A stretch of DNA of 64,000 nucleotides, taken from positions 460,566 through 524,565 of the IMG/VR virus record IMGVR_UViG_3300027749_002876. One strand, written 5' to 3'. The notes below the pieces were generated by a model. It was not told the DNA's origin. It did not search any database and was given only the letters and a program-made list of their open reading frames with translations. This document shows positions 38,595 through 47,910 of the stretch, one piece after another; within the stretch, counting starts at the first letter, position 1; each line of letters opens with the position of its first letter. The position numbers and the translations under genes are program-made.

Positions 38595-39010
38595 TAAGCT
38601 ACCTCGTCTTTATTGTTGTTAGGATATTTTGCACTAGTATATCTAATAACTAATACGCTTATTGCGATAACAAATGTAGAGCCGGCTACAGCTAACATTT
38701 CAATAACATTGATTGGCTGATGACTCATTATATCTACCATATGCCGTGTCAGTGCTGTTATTGCAATGTATAGCAGGAACCTGACAGGCATATGATTGGT
38801 CTTGAAATAAATGCCCACCATTGCACCTATTTCCAAATAGATAAACATTAATAACAAGTCACCGACTGTTGCGTGATGTTTTTGAAACATTTCAGCGAAG
38901 GTCCAACCGGCAGCCCATACTGTTGCGGCACCGATACCAAACAATGCAAGCCTATGAAATATGTCTACTAAGGTATGTCCTACCTTATCTACCATTTCTG
39001 TTTTCAACAT
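38594..39010 (-). CDS. psiE: Phosphate-starvation-inducible PsiE-like membrane protein
   Basis: DLLLMFIYLEIGAMVGIYFKTNHMPVRFLLYIAITALTR. Confidence 0.85.
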   Translation of the reverse strand: MLKTEMVDKVGHTLVDIFHRLALFGIGAATVWAAGWTFAEMFQKHHATVGDLLLMFIYLEIGAMVGIYFKTNHMPVRFLLYIAITALTRHMVDIMSHQPINVIEMLAVAGSTFVIAISVLVIRYTSAKYPNNNKDEVA

Positions 39011-39492
39011 TATTCAAACTCTCTATCTTCACGATGACCGCCACGTCCTGCCATGTTGCTATCAGTCTCACGTACCTCTACTCTACAGCACCATACACGT
39101 TTAGCTTCTTCGCTACCACAGTTGGGTAAGAAGATTGTGTTGATGTATTCATATAAAAAGTCAGCAATACCTTCACAACCAGTGCGTTCTACTTCTGTGA
39201 TCTTTGCTAGTTTCAATCTACCTAGTTCTAATAGATGTTCACGCATTGGGTCATCTTGTGCGACTAATAATGTATGGTCAAACCATTCTTCTAGTTTATC
39301 TTTGAGTGGGCGTAGTCCACCAAAATCAGTTACCCAGTTACGGGCATCCAATGTATCAGCTTCAAACTCAAAGTGAAAACTCATAGCATAGCCATGAATT
39401 AAATTACAATGACTGTCAGCACGCCATTGACGATATGCGACAGGACCTATTTGTCTGTATGTCTTTGTTGAAAAGAATTTTTTGTTTGCCAT
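39010..39492 (-). CDS. queD: 6-carboxytetrahydropterin synthase (QueD/PTPS family)
   Basis: SHCNLIHGY, DFGGL, FDHT, GCE, VEVRET. Confidence 0.88.
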   Translation of the reverse strand: MANKKFFSTKTYRQIGPVAYRQWRADSHCNLIHGYAMSFHFEFEADTLDARNWVTDFGGLRPLKDKLEEWFDHTLLVAQDDPMREHLLELGRLKLAKITEVERTGCEGIADFLYEYINTIFLPNCGSEEAKRVWCCRVEVRETDSNMAGRGGHREDREFE

Positions 39493-39573
39493 GTTTTCTC
39501 CTATGTTGTATTATAGCATAGGCGGCAGAGTTTGTAAAGCGGGAGTGACGCCAAGACCGCTACTTTTATTTAA
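39490..39573 (-). promoter_or_regulatory. Structured queD leader: preQ1-I-like pseudoknot, SD-sequestering hairpin and internal sigma70 promoter
   Basis: AGCGG-UCUUGGCGUCACUC-CCGCU-UUACAAA-CUCUGCCGCC; CCUAUG/CAUAGG over SD; TTTACA-17-TATAAT at 39510-39538. Confidence 0.55.
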
Positions 39574-40272
39574 CAAAAAACCCATAACCTCTTCTTTATT
39601 AAGAATTAAATTAAATGGATCAGTTTTAATAGATTTTTCTCCTAAATATTTGAATTTTGTATTGTAGATTTTTTCCATGTCTGAATAGATAGATTCATAT
39701 TTTACTTTTTTATATTCAATATTGTGTAATATTATAGACAAATTCTTTTCCCATAATAGGTGACTATTATAAATTTCAGTTAATCCATTATTCAGACGAT
39801 TAATATCAATTGTTGCAGGTTCATTGATTTCACTATTGATTCCAAATACGTTTTTTAGGTTGTTAGCATATGAGCGGGCAATCATAAAACTTAACAATTG
39901 TTCTTTAATATCTCTTGTCAATGTGATAAATTCAAAACCTATATTTTTTAACTCTATTATTATTTTAGATAATGTTTCCTTATCATAATGATCCATCAAA
40001 AAAATTCTTACAGTTAATGATTGGTTTATATTTGTATTTTTTAATAAATTAAGTCGTTCTTCAAATCCTTCAAATATTTTAAAGTTTGAAGGAATGCTAG
40101 CAAAATTCTTTAATCTTATATTATTGTCATCATCAGTCACATATTCACTGCGATTCCAATTTTCAAAATACTCGCCCAATTGAAAGCTTGATTTTATTTC
40201 TCCGGATAATTTTTCACACAATTGACTACCTGTTCTGGGTAAACAAATAATACATGTTCTGTTGCCGTTCAT
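39511..40272 (-). CDS. Sulfotransferase-like (Stf0/P-loop) protein
   Basis: LPRTGSQ (PAPS-binding-like), LGEYF, LTRDIKEQLLS, VKYE. Confidence 0.6.
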   Translation of the reverse strand: MNGNRTCIICLPRTGSQLCEKLSGEIKSSFQLGEYFENWNRSEYVTDDDNNIRLKNFASIPSNFKIFEGFEERLNLLKNTNINQSLTVRIFLMDHYDKETLSKIIIELKNIGFEFITLTRDIKEQLLSFMIARSYANNLKNVFGINSEINEPATIDINRLNNGLTEIYNSHLLWEKNLSIILHNIEYKKVKYESIYSDMEKIYNTKFKYLGEKSIKTDPFNLILNKEEVMGFLLNKSSGLGVTPALQTLPPML

Positions 40273-41063
40273 TTTAATCCTAAATTTTTCCTAATTTTAG
40301 TTGCACTGATATTATGTGTAGCATCATCAAATATTTCTTGCTCAATCTTATAACCAACATCACGACCGTATGTAATATTCACAATGTTTGGTACAATTTG
40401 AATTTCGTATTGACCTTGATATAACATATCTAAGTCACGTTTAATAAAACTTTTAACTTGTTCGATGGCAAATGGATTACTTCCTTGCCAACCTTGACAG
40501 TCACGTATTTGTATAACTACTTGCCCAGTCTTAGCAATAGCCCGTTCAAACAACTTACGATGTCCTTCATGCCATGGTTGCCAACGACCTAGCATCTGTA
40601 CTGTTTCTTTCTGCCAATCAAACACTGGTCTGCGTCTATTATCTAATATGTGTGCGGCAATAAACTCACCCCACTTTTCACCTTTTTGTTCAGTAATTCT
40701 AAAGTCATATACTTCTGGTGGGATAAATGCTTTGTTAGTATCGTCAAATCTACCTTTATCAATAGTATCAACCCATACAGTCCAATCTGCTTTAAAGTTA
40801 TTACGCATTTCAACTAATGGTGCAACAAAGTCACATATAACATAATCACATTCAATCATATTATCTGCTAGTTCACGCATACGTAAACTTTGACGAACAC
40901 GACCTTCTGTGCTAAAGTCCCAATCGTTATACTTTTTTCGTACATCGTCAGCATTTAGCCAACCTACTTTTTTCTTATCCGCTTGTAGGTGCTCTACAAT
41001 ATGTTGTGCTATATAAGTTTTACCTGCGCCAGGCAGGCCCATTACTAATATTCTTTTAGGCAT
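40269..41063 (-). CDS. Adenylylsulfate-kinase-like domain fused to HxGH nucleotidyltransferase domain
   Basis: GLPGAGKT, LNADDVR, FSTEGR; GRWQPWHEGH, ISATKIR. Confidence 0.8.
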   Translation of the reverse strand: MPKRILVMGLPGAGKTYIAQHIVEHLQADKKKVGWLNADDVRKKYNDWDFSTEGRVRQSLRMRELADNMIECDYVICDFVAPLVEMRNNFKADWTVWVDTIDKGRFDDTNKAFIPPEVYDFRITEQKGEKWGEFIAAHILDNRRRPVFDWQKETVQMLGRWQPWHEGHRKLFERAIAKTGQVVIQIRDCQGWQGSNPFAIEQVKSFIKRDLDMLYQGQYEIQIVPNIVNITYGRDVGYKIEQEIFDDATHNISATKIRKNLGLK

Positions 41064-41523
41064 TTTTGTTTTTCTCCGCTTCTGCTACACGTTTGCGTAG
41101 ACTTGAACTGCTAAAACTATGGTCACGTTTGTTAAATATAACCTGTACACCACGGCCTGCACCCTCATTACGTCCGGTAAAATTCTTATCCTCATACTCT
41201 GTACCCAAAATACGAACATCTAACGGTAGAATCAATAACAAGTCAATTAAGTCTTGTTCAGTTTGATATACCACTACTTCATCAACATAGCGACAAGCCG
41301 CAAGTTGAATCTGTCGTTCTACAATACTTTGAATAGGTTTATTCTTAGTATCAGGTCTATCAATGGTTGGATCGGTTTGTAGCCCACAAATCAAGTAATC
41401 ACAATGATTTTTTGCTTCACTTAACATAGCAACGTGACCTGCATGAAGCATATCAAATGTGCTAAAAGTAATACCAATCTTTTTACCCTGTGCTTTTAAT
41501 TCTTTAATATGATTGAAAATCAT
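41056..41523 (-). CDS. Glycerol-3-phosphate cytidylyltransferase-like (TagD family)
   Basis: TFDMLHAGH, YVDEV, SSSSLR; start revised to MIFNH. Confidence 0.85.
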   Translation of the reverse strand: MIFNHIKELKAQGKKIGITFSTFDMLHAGHVAMLSEAKNHCDYLICGLQTDPTIDRPDTKNKPIQSIVERQIQLAACRYVDEVVVYQTEQDLIDLLLILPLDVRILGTEYEDKNFTGRNEGAGRGVQVIFNKRDHSFSSSSLRKRVAEAEKNKNA

Positions 41524-41765
41524 TTTGAAAGTGTTCTCCACATTTTAGTTTGTTCATGTTCTTTTAAGAATTCATCCTCACCCGTAAATGTAGGTGCATC
41601 ATTCATAATCTCATCCAATAACCATTTCAATTTATGTAAATCTTTTTTGATTTCAAATGTAGTAAATCCATCGTTATACGGACTGTGAAGTTCTACACCT
41701 GCAATGTAGATTTGATGATGTACACTATTATAATCCATTGGTTTTTTAAATCCCATTATTTGCAA
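41520..41765 (-). CDS. Hypothetical protein
   Basis: [13 protein letters not shown] motif. Confidence 0.6.
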   Translation of the reverse strand: MQIMGFKKPMDYNSVHHQIYIAGVELHSPYNDGFTTFEIKKDLHKLKWLLDEIMNDAPTFTGEDEFLKEHEQTKMWRTLSK

Positions 41766-42436
41766 CCTTTATTTGCAATCTGCAAAAACTCTTGTCTTGC
41801 GGCTGGATCTGTTTTGAATCCACCACCTAGACGGCAGGTAGTTGTACTTGAACCAGTATCTTCTACACCTCGGGCCGCAACACAATAATGCCTGGCATCA
41901 ATCATTACAGCTACATCTTCTGTTTCTAGTATATAACATAGTGAATGAAAAATTTGTTCAGTTAATCGTTCTTGTATTTGCGGGCGCTTACTGAAATATT
42001 CTACTATACGGTTGATTTTACTAAGGCCTAGTACCTTATCCTTTGGTACATAAGCAACGGTAGCCAAACCCGCAATAGTAATAAAATGATGTTCACATGA
42101 ACTTTGTACATTGACATTGCGTTCAACAACCATTTCATTATATTTCATTTTATTTTCTACAGTAGTACATTTTGGAAATGCTTCATAATCTAGTCCGTAG
42201 AAAATTTCATTTACATACATCTTAGCAACACGCTTGGGTGTCTCAATTAGACTATCATCAGATAAATCTAAACCAAGATATTGCATAATAATAGTGAAGT
42301 GTTCTTCAATACGATCAATCTTATCTTTTCTGTCTAAGTTGTTTGGCAATGTAGGAGTCTCAACTCCCATTTTGACTAAGTGCTGATGCACTTGTTGACC
42401 CAACTCTGGATCTGTTTTTGTTTTATTATAACTCAT
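41756..42436 (-). CDS. folE: GTP cyclohydrolase I
   Basis: [39 protein letters not shown]; start revised to MSYNK. Confidence 0.95.
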   Translation of the reverse strand: MSYNKTKTDPELGQQVHQHLVKMGVETPTLPNNLDRKDKIDRIEEHFTIIMQYLGLDLSDDSLIETPKRVAKMYVNEIFYGLDYEAFPKCTTVENKMKYNEMVVERNVNVQSSCEHHFITIAGLATVAYVPKDKVLGLSKINRIVEYFSKRPQIQERLTEQIFHSLCYILETEDVAVMIDARHYCVAARGVEDTGSSTTTCRLGGGFKTDPAARQEFLQIANKGCK

Positions 42437-42502
42437 AGATAACCTTCCTTTGTGATGGTTTTGTTTTGATATTGTGTTACCATTGTGTAACACAAGTATT
42501 TA

Positions 42503-42715
42503 TCACTTTGTTTTAGCAACTGATTTTTTTGATTTAGCCTTAACTGCAGGCTTCATATTAGCTAATTCTACACTAGCACAAGCTTCACGCACCTCATTAA
42601 CTAATGCGTCCCAATCCCATTTTAATTCAGTACGACCATCAGGAAAAGTAGTCACAGTTAAGTGACTACCTTTAACTACTGTTGGTTCTGCAAGTTGAAT
42701 TTTCTTGCGAGCCAT
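42503..42715 (-). CDS. Hypothetical protein
   Basis: 70-aa ORF in operon. Confidence 0.6.
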   Translation of the reverse strand: MARKKIQLAEPTVVKGSHLTVTTFPDGRTELKWDWDALVNEVREACASVELANMKPAVKAKSKKSVAKTK

Positions 42716-42717
42716 GG

Positions 42718-42912
42718 TTAAGCCTTAGCTTTTGCTTCTGCTCTTGCGGCTTTTTCTGCTGTAATTTCATTACGGCGAGCCTTAACTGCTTTAGCTAGTT
42801 CTGCTAATGCTTTACGTGCCCTAGTACCGGCGGCTGCATTACCCTTGTTAAATTTATCGTTCTCAGCATTGTATGCTTCTAAACTATTTTCAATATCATT
42901 TTGTGCGCTCAT
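42718..42912 (-). CDS. Histone H1-like (Hc1-type) DNA-binding protein
   Basis: KFNKGNAAAGTRARKALAELAK...RRNEI; start MSAQND after AAGGAG. Confidence 0.8.
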   Translation of the reverse strand: MSAQNDIENSLEAYNAENDKFNKGNAAAGTRARKALAELAKAVKARRNEITAEKAARAEAKAKA

Positions 42913-42922
42913 AATTTTCTCC

Positions 42923-44122
42923 TTAATATTTTGCTTCACGGGTGTGTTTGCGATAATCACTATCCATACGCAACCATTGTTGTCCGTTACCTTCTAGGAT
43001 ATCACAAATTCTATCGATTGTACTGTCAGTCCAATCACTAATCTTTCCTTGATTTACATGCGGTTGATGTAACATATTATATAACTTAATTGTTGCATCT
43101 TCAACACTCCAGGGCGTATACAGTCTTGTATAGTCATTCGCAAATGTTTCTGGGAAACTGCGATATGCCGGATACAATACATTGCAACCCAAACTATCTG
43201 CTTCACTGACTGTGTTACTCACCCAGTCTTGTAATGCACAATTAAACAATACTCTTGTATCATTTAATAACTCATAGTATGCGTTCTTATCTAGGTCTTG
43301 ATATACTTTTAATAGTCCACGATTTTGCATATCTTGTGTACGTTTCATGTAACTATCGTTATTGCTTTTTAGTTTACTACCGCTGAACACACAGAATTCT
43401 ACACCACGATATACACCATGACGATCCTTCTCACCGTACCGGTTATAGAATTCTTCAATCACATCCATGTAGAAGTCAGGTTGCTTTTCTTGATCCCATC
43501 TAGCACTAAATGCAATACGCATTGTACGTTCATTGAATGGCTTGATGACATTATTTACACGGCTACGAACTTCTTCTTTGCCAAATGCTAAGCCTGAGAT
43601 ATTGTAGATCGGTGCCTTCCAACCCGCAATCTTCATATGCATTACCATTTCTTCATTACTAGCAAGTACACCATCAACGAATGAATCAACCATCTTTTCA
43701 TAGTGACCCATGAACTCACTCATGCCCCATACATGTACGAAATCATCCGGATCGATTGACTGAGCAAGACAACGGACAAATATACGAGGACGGAGATTAA
43801 TAGGAACTTGCTTAAGTATATAAGGAAGACTTTCAATGCCCGGCTGAAACATATCTTCAAAGTATACAATATCTTCATAACTACACTCACCTTTTTTCAT
43901 CATCTTTACTAGATTCATTAATTGACTCATACCAAAGTATGTACGTCCATGAGCATCTAATACTTGTCCGGTAACAATAGCTTGGTCATCACTTAATGTT
44001 TCGCCGGGAACGATAACATAGTTAATGCCTCTACGTTTGAATACACGTTCATTCCAGTCTTGTAACTGTAGTGTGTATCTTGCTTTGTAAGGCTCTAGGC
44101 CCATATAAAATAACTTATGCAT
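42923..44122 (-). CDS. GT-B glycosyltransferase (phage type)
   Basis: FSARWDQEKQP, CALQDWVSNTVSEA, PAYRSFPE. Confidence 0.75.
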   Translation of the reverse strand: MHKLFYMGLEPYKARYTLQLQDWNERVFKRRGINYVIVPGETLSDDQAIVTGQVLDAHGRTYFGMSQLMNLVKMMKKGECSYEDIVYFEDMFQPGIESLPYILKQVPINLRPRIFVRCLAQSIDPDDFVHVWGMSEFMGHYEKMVDSFVDGVLASNEEMVMHMKIAGWKAPIYNISGLAFGKEEVRSRVNNVIKPFNERTMRIAFSARWDQEKQPDFYMDVIEEFYNRYGEKDRHGVYRGVEFCVFSGSKLKSNNDSYMKRTQDMQNRGLLKVYQDLDKNAYYELLNDTRVLFNCALQDWVSNTVSEADSLGCNVLYPAYRSFPETFANDYTRLYTPWSVEDATIKLYNMLHQPHVNQGKISDWTDSTIDRICDILEGNGQQWLRMDSDYRKHTREAKY

Positions 44123-44873
44123 TTTCTCTTTCTATATCTAGTTCATCACATTCTTCACCATACTGTATTTCTACAATACGACATGGTGTATCATATGGAT
44201 TACTTAGTTGATGCCAATCACCTTGTGAAATTTTTACTTGACCAAACGTTGACAATTCAATTGGAAGTAAACTGTAACCACTTGACAATTTTGTATATAG
44301 TATACACTTACCTTCTGTAACATGCCAAAATTCACTTCGTTTAAAATGCCGTTGCATACTTAAACTTTGACCCGGCTCTACTGTTAGTTCTTTTACTTTA
44401 CATCCACTTACATCATGTAGTATACGATAGTATCCCCACTGACGCAATGTTTTAGGTTGTTTCCATTCACGTAGTATCCAACTACTACTGTTCTTTTTGT
44501 CATCCCCACCCACACCAAATACAAATTCTACATCATCAAATATCATTTCGGGAATGTTATCTTTAGTTCTATCTCCCCCATTAGCAAATATAATATTTGT
44601 TTTTGGGTACATTTCTTTGACTTTGCGAATGGCATCAATGGCGGTATCATCACTATCATCAAACTCTATTACTTTATGCACTTGATGTAAATTTTCAATG
44701 ATTATTTTACGTTCTTGAATAGGCATAAAAGGTTGACCTTTTTTACGGGTCAACCATGCGTCACTATTAACTCCTACTATCAGTAAGAAACCTAAATGCT
44801 TAGCGGAATTGAAATATTCAATATGGCCACTATGCAAGGGGTCAAAGCCCCCAGTGACTAACACTATCTTCAT
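44115..44873 (-). CDS. Cytidylyltransferase fused to mannose-6-phosphate-isomerase-type cupin
   Basis: TGGFDPLHSGH, FANGGDR, NSSS; RQWGYY, LSMQRH, WHQLSNP, EIQYG. Confidence 0.88.
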   Translation of the reverse strand: MKIVLVTGGFDPLHSGHIEYFNSAKHLGFLLIVGVNSDAWLTRKKGQPFMPIQERKIIIENLHQVHKVIEFDDSDDTAIDAIRKVKEMYPKTNIIFANGGDRTKDNIPEMIFDDVEFVFGVGGDDKKNSSSWILREWKQPKTLRQWGYYRILHDVSGCKVKELTVEPGQSLSMQRHFKRSEFWHVTEGKCILYTKLSSGYSLLPIELSTFGQVKISQGDWHQLSNPYDTPCRIVEIQYGEECDELDIERENA

Positions 44874-45076
44874 GGACGCATATCCTCTTGCCATTGATCC
44901 TTAGCCCATTTGCCGGCAATTTGTTTTTGATGTTGACGGTATGCGAAACTCCGCATGTCATACAATGATGTTTCATCAAACTTGTACCCAAAGTCCTGAC
45001 AGAATTCAAGGTACTTTTCAAGATCCTCAAAAATCTGATTGATACGTGGGTTAGGTTGATATTGTTGTTTTGCCAT
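44870..45076 (-). CDS. Hypothetical protein
   Basis: IFEDLEKYLEFCQDFGYKFDE. Confidence 0.65.
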   Translation of the reverse strand: MAKQQYQPNPRINQIFEDLEKYLEFCQDFGYKFDETSLYDMRSFAYRQHQKQIAGKWAKDQWQEDMRP

Positions 45077-45087
45077 TTTTAATTCCT

Positions 45088-45543
45088 TTAAATAGCGAGT
45101 TGTTGATAAGGTTTGTTTGTGTTATAGACAATAGTAGCCCCGTTCTCATTATCTTCTGATACTTGAATAGCAATATTACGATCTGGATATCGAGTTGCAA
45201 TGACTTCATAGAGGTCATCACTAATCATTTCACAACTTTTGTAATCCAACGCAAGAATGCCTTGAGAATATTGATTCTCTAACCATCTTTTAAACTGAAT
45301 AAACTCAATATCACGGTCGTTGTGAAATACTTCAATAGACACTTCAAAGTGAAAGATGTGTCTATGTGGAGTAGCTAAAAAGCTAACATCATACTCATCA
45401 CCTGTTGCCAAGTTAGGGTCTGTTGCCGCCGCTGGGTATTTATGAATACCTTCTTTTTGAAAACGCACAAAAATTGTACGTAATGCATGTTGTTTGATAC
45501 GTACACGTTTCTCGGTCAATGCCTGTATATGTTGTTCTTGCAT
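45088..45543 (-). CDS. Second T-fold (QueD-paralogous) protein
   Basis: EGIH...PHRHIFHF...DRDIEFIQFKR...SCEMIS...VSEDNENG, His/SCE/E pattern like PTPS. Confidence 0.65.
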   Translation of the reverse strand: MQEQHIQALTEKRVRIKQHALRTIFVRFQKEGIHKYPAAATDPNLATGDEYDVSFLATPHRHIFHFEVSIEVFHNDRDIEFIQFKRWLENQYSQGILALDYKSCEMISDDLYEVIATRYPDRNIAIQVSEDNENGATIVYNTNKPYQQLAI

Positions 45544-45544
45544 A

Positions 45545-47098
45545 TTATTCTCCTAGTACTTTTGAAATTTCATCATCACTATCTTCAATAGCTTCTTCAA
45601 CTTCCGGTTCACTATCAGTTACGTCAAACAATTGGTCAAACATTGTCATAGCATTCATTGCTTTCTTGCCACTTAAACCCTGACTACCTGACTTCATCTG
45701 CATCCAGAAGCTACTATGTGATTCTATCATATCTAGGCTCTTTTGTCTATCTTTTTGTGCAAATATCTTATCAACAATTTCACCAAAATGCTCATCATCA
45801 AACTTGCTCATAACCATTTTAGGCATGATGCCCTTATCATACTGGCGATTAGCTTCTTGTACAGCAGTCATATGCATATAAACATTATGACTCTGTAGTA
45901 ATGTATAACTCAATGTATCCCAACTTGTTTTAGTTTCTTTACCATGTTGACCAATAAAGCCTTGACCACGATAACAAAGGTCCTTCATCAACATAAGGTC
46001 CGTTACTGGACTATCTGTAAACTTGTCATGGATATTATCTTGTAGTACAGCATCACTATACTTACGATTATCATTAGCATAACTTTTCTTCTCGGCAGTC
46101 TTTTCCATACTGTATGCCCACTTCTTATCGTGTTCAATACTATTGTTAAAGTATGCTAGACCTTTAGCCGCACTAAAGAATGGACTTGCACAGTCAAATG
46201 TAATCTGTAGTTTAGGGTTGTGATACTTACGAATAGCTTTTTGAATGTCACTGAACAATACAGCATATTCCATAATGCTTACACCCAAGCAATGAATCAA
46301 ATCATGTTTACCCTCTACCAGTAAACCATCATGTATGATATCAACTAATCTACGCAACATCAAATGAACATCAATCTTGTTCTGTCCACCGAATGCCCAA
46401 CCATTAAAGTGATTATCTGGATAGACATTTGGATCACAATACTTCTTCATTTCTTCATACCAATCGTCTGATTGTTTATGATTGCGACCCTGCAATACAT
46501 TTAAGAACTTACATTTACCATTACGGTTCTTAATGAAGTATTCGTTATTGATGTGAGTAGCAGTAATAGCTTCTTCAATCGTACTGATACCATGTGCTGA
46601 CTTACCAGTCTTTGGGTCTTTGATATTGAATGTAGTAAGACTTTGTGATGGGATATCTAAACACATACCATAGTCCATGTATGTGTCCATCCAGTTCAAT
46701 ACAGCTTTACGTTTAATCATAGCACGTGGGCAGTTAGGATCTTTCCAGTCTGCTGGCCACTGACATTTAAGAATCTGAAAACCACCACTATCACCTAACA
46801 TGAACGTACCCTCTTCACGTTCTCTAATAATACTTTCACTAGGATCGTCTTTAGTAGTATCTAAGTTAGCATGACCAGCACTGTATAAGCCCCACTTATA
46901 ATAGTATAGGCCTTCTTTACTGTTTAAGAAGTTAAGTTTTTCAACATCACCATTAAAGCCGGCCGGGATACGTGCTTTAGGGAAGTAATCTTCACCTTTG
47001 CGTTGTTTACCTAAGCCAGCAATATAGAAACTACTGACTGCAGGTAAGAACAATGCCCAATCGGGCTTGTGCTGTGCTGATAGATTAACTTGTTCCAT
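45545..47098 (-). CDS. dpdA: TGT-fold transglycosylase, DpdA-like (DNA 7-deazaguanine insertion)
   Basis: GDSGGFQ, MCLDIP, VLQG, GWAFGG, IHCLG, TFDCASP, HN; sits with folE/queD/queE beside the replication genes. Confidence 0.75.
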   Translation of the reverse strand: MEQVNLSAQHKPDWALFLPAVSSFYIAGLGKQRKGEDYFPKARIPAGFNGDVEKLNFLNSKEGLYYYKWGLYSAGHANLDTTKDDPSESIIREREEGTFMLGDSGGFQILKCQWPADWKDPNCPRAMIKRKAVLNWMDTYMDYGMCLDIPSQSLTTFNIKDPKTGKSAHGISTIEEAITATHINNEYFIKNRNGKCKFLNVLQGRNHKQSDDWYEEMKKYCDPNVYPDNHFNGWAFGGQNKIDVHLMLRRLVDIIHDGLLVEGKHDLIHCLGVSIMEYAVLFSDIQKAIRKYHNPKLQITFDCASPFFSAAKGLAYFNNSIEHDKKWAYSMEKTAEKKSYANDNRKYSDAVLQDNIHDKFTDSPVTDLMLMKDLCYRGQGFIGQHGKETKTSWDTLSYTLLQSHNVYMHMTAVQEANRQYDKGIMPKMVMSKFDDEHFGEIVDKIFAQKDRQKSLDMIESHSSFWMQMKSGSQGLSGKKAMNAMTMFDQLFDVTDSEPEVEEAIEDSDDEISKVLGE

Positions 47099-47101
47099 TA
47101 A

Positions 47102-47833
47102 TTACTTTGCGTTAGCTGGCAATAGATATGTGTAAGTAGCAAGACCACTGTCAACTATAATCTCAGTCGCACCTGCATCAGCAATACGAACTTTCTTATC
47201 ACCTGGCAAATCCATGATAGCTAAGAATACTTTAACAGGCCAGTTCCATACTTTAGTCAATGAACCAGTTACACTGTGTTGAAATACAAAGTTACCACTG
47301 TGAGTTGATGGGTCACCAAAGTTAATCTTCAAGTCACCATTAACTGTAGTGAATGTAAAATGTTCTTCTTCACTATTAGCACTTGCTTGTTTCTTTAGTC
47401 GTTGAATGCCTGCGATAGTTGGCTCAAACTCAACATTCCAAGTAGTACCTTTAAAAGTAACAGTTTTAACTTTTTCTTCTACGATTGATTTAGTCATCAA
47501 ACGATAGTCGTTAACAAATGTACCGTCTTTTGTTTCAAAGTGAATAGTACTAGGTACATCAACACCATCACGTGTAGTACGTAACACAGAGATTTTAGCG
47601 TGTTCATCATAGTCATCGAAACCAAGAACAGTTTTTAGTTTAGTTAAGTTAGGCATACCAAATACACCAATGAAGTCACTGATTGGACCATTCAATACTC
47701 CTGATACAATAACAGTTTTCTTTTCTGATATTGCATTAATATGTGTTTCAGTATCTGTACCGGATACTTTAATTAAGTCTACGTCCCCTAGACCGTTTGT
47801 GTGTGTAATTAAATCTTGTAAATAATCTTTCAT
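47102..47833 (-). CDS. DNA polymerase sliding clamp (gp45-like)
   Basis: 243-aa beta-rich protein with FGMPNL motif, immediately downstream of the polymerase. Confidence 0.6.
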   Translation of the reverse strand: MKDYLQDLITHTNGLGDVDLIKVSGTDTETHINAISEKKTVIVSGVLNGPISDFIGVFGMPNLTKLKTVLGFDDYDEHAKISVLRTTRDGVDVPSTIHFETKDGTFVNDYRLMTKSIVEEKVKTVTFKGTTWNVEFEPTIAGIQRLKKQASANSEEEHFTFTTVNGDLKINFGDPSTHSGNFVFQHSVTGSLTKVWNWPVKVFLAIMDLPGDKKVRIADAGATEIIVDSGLATYTYLLPANAK

Positions 47834-47874
47834 GTTTTTCCTTTGTATACCTATTTAGGCAGTTTATGTTATCT

Positions 47875-47903
47875 ATTATAGTGGATTTTATTGCGTAAAG
47901 CAA
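47875..47903 (-). promoter_or_regulatory. Sigma70-type promoter for clamp gene
   Basis: TTGCTT-17-TATAAT. Confidence 0.65.
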
Positions 47904-47910
47904 TAGCAGT

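Noticed and set aside
42437-42496. preQ1 riboswitch in the folE leader
   Set aside because: The 9-bp stem with a 6-nt loop lacks the loop size and pseudoknot pairing of preQ1-I; reported only as a hairpin.
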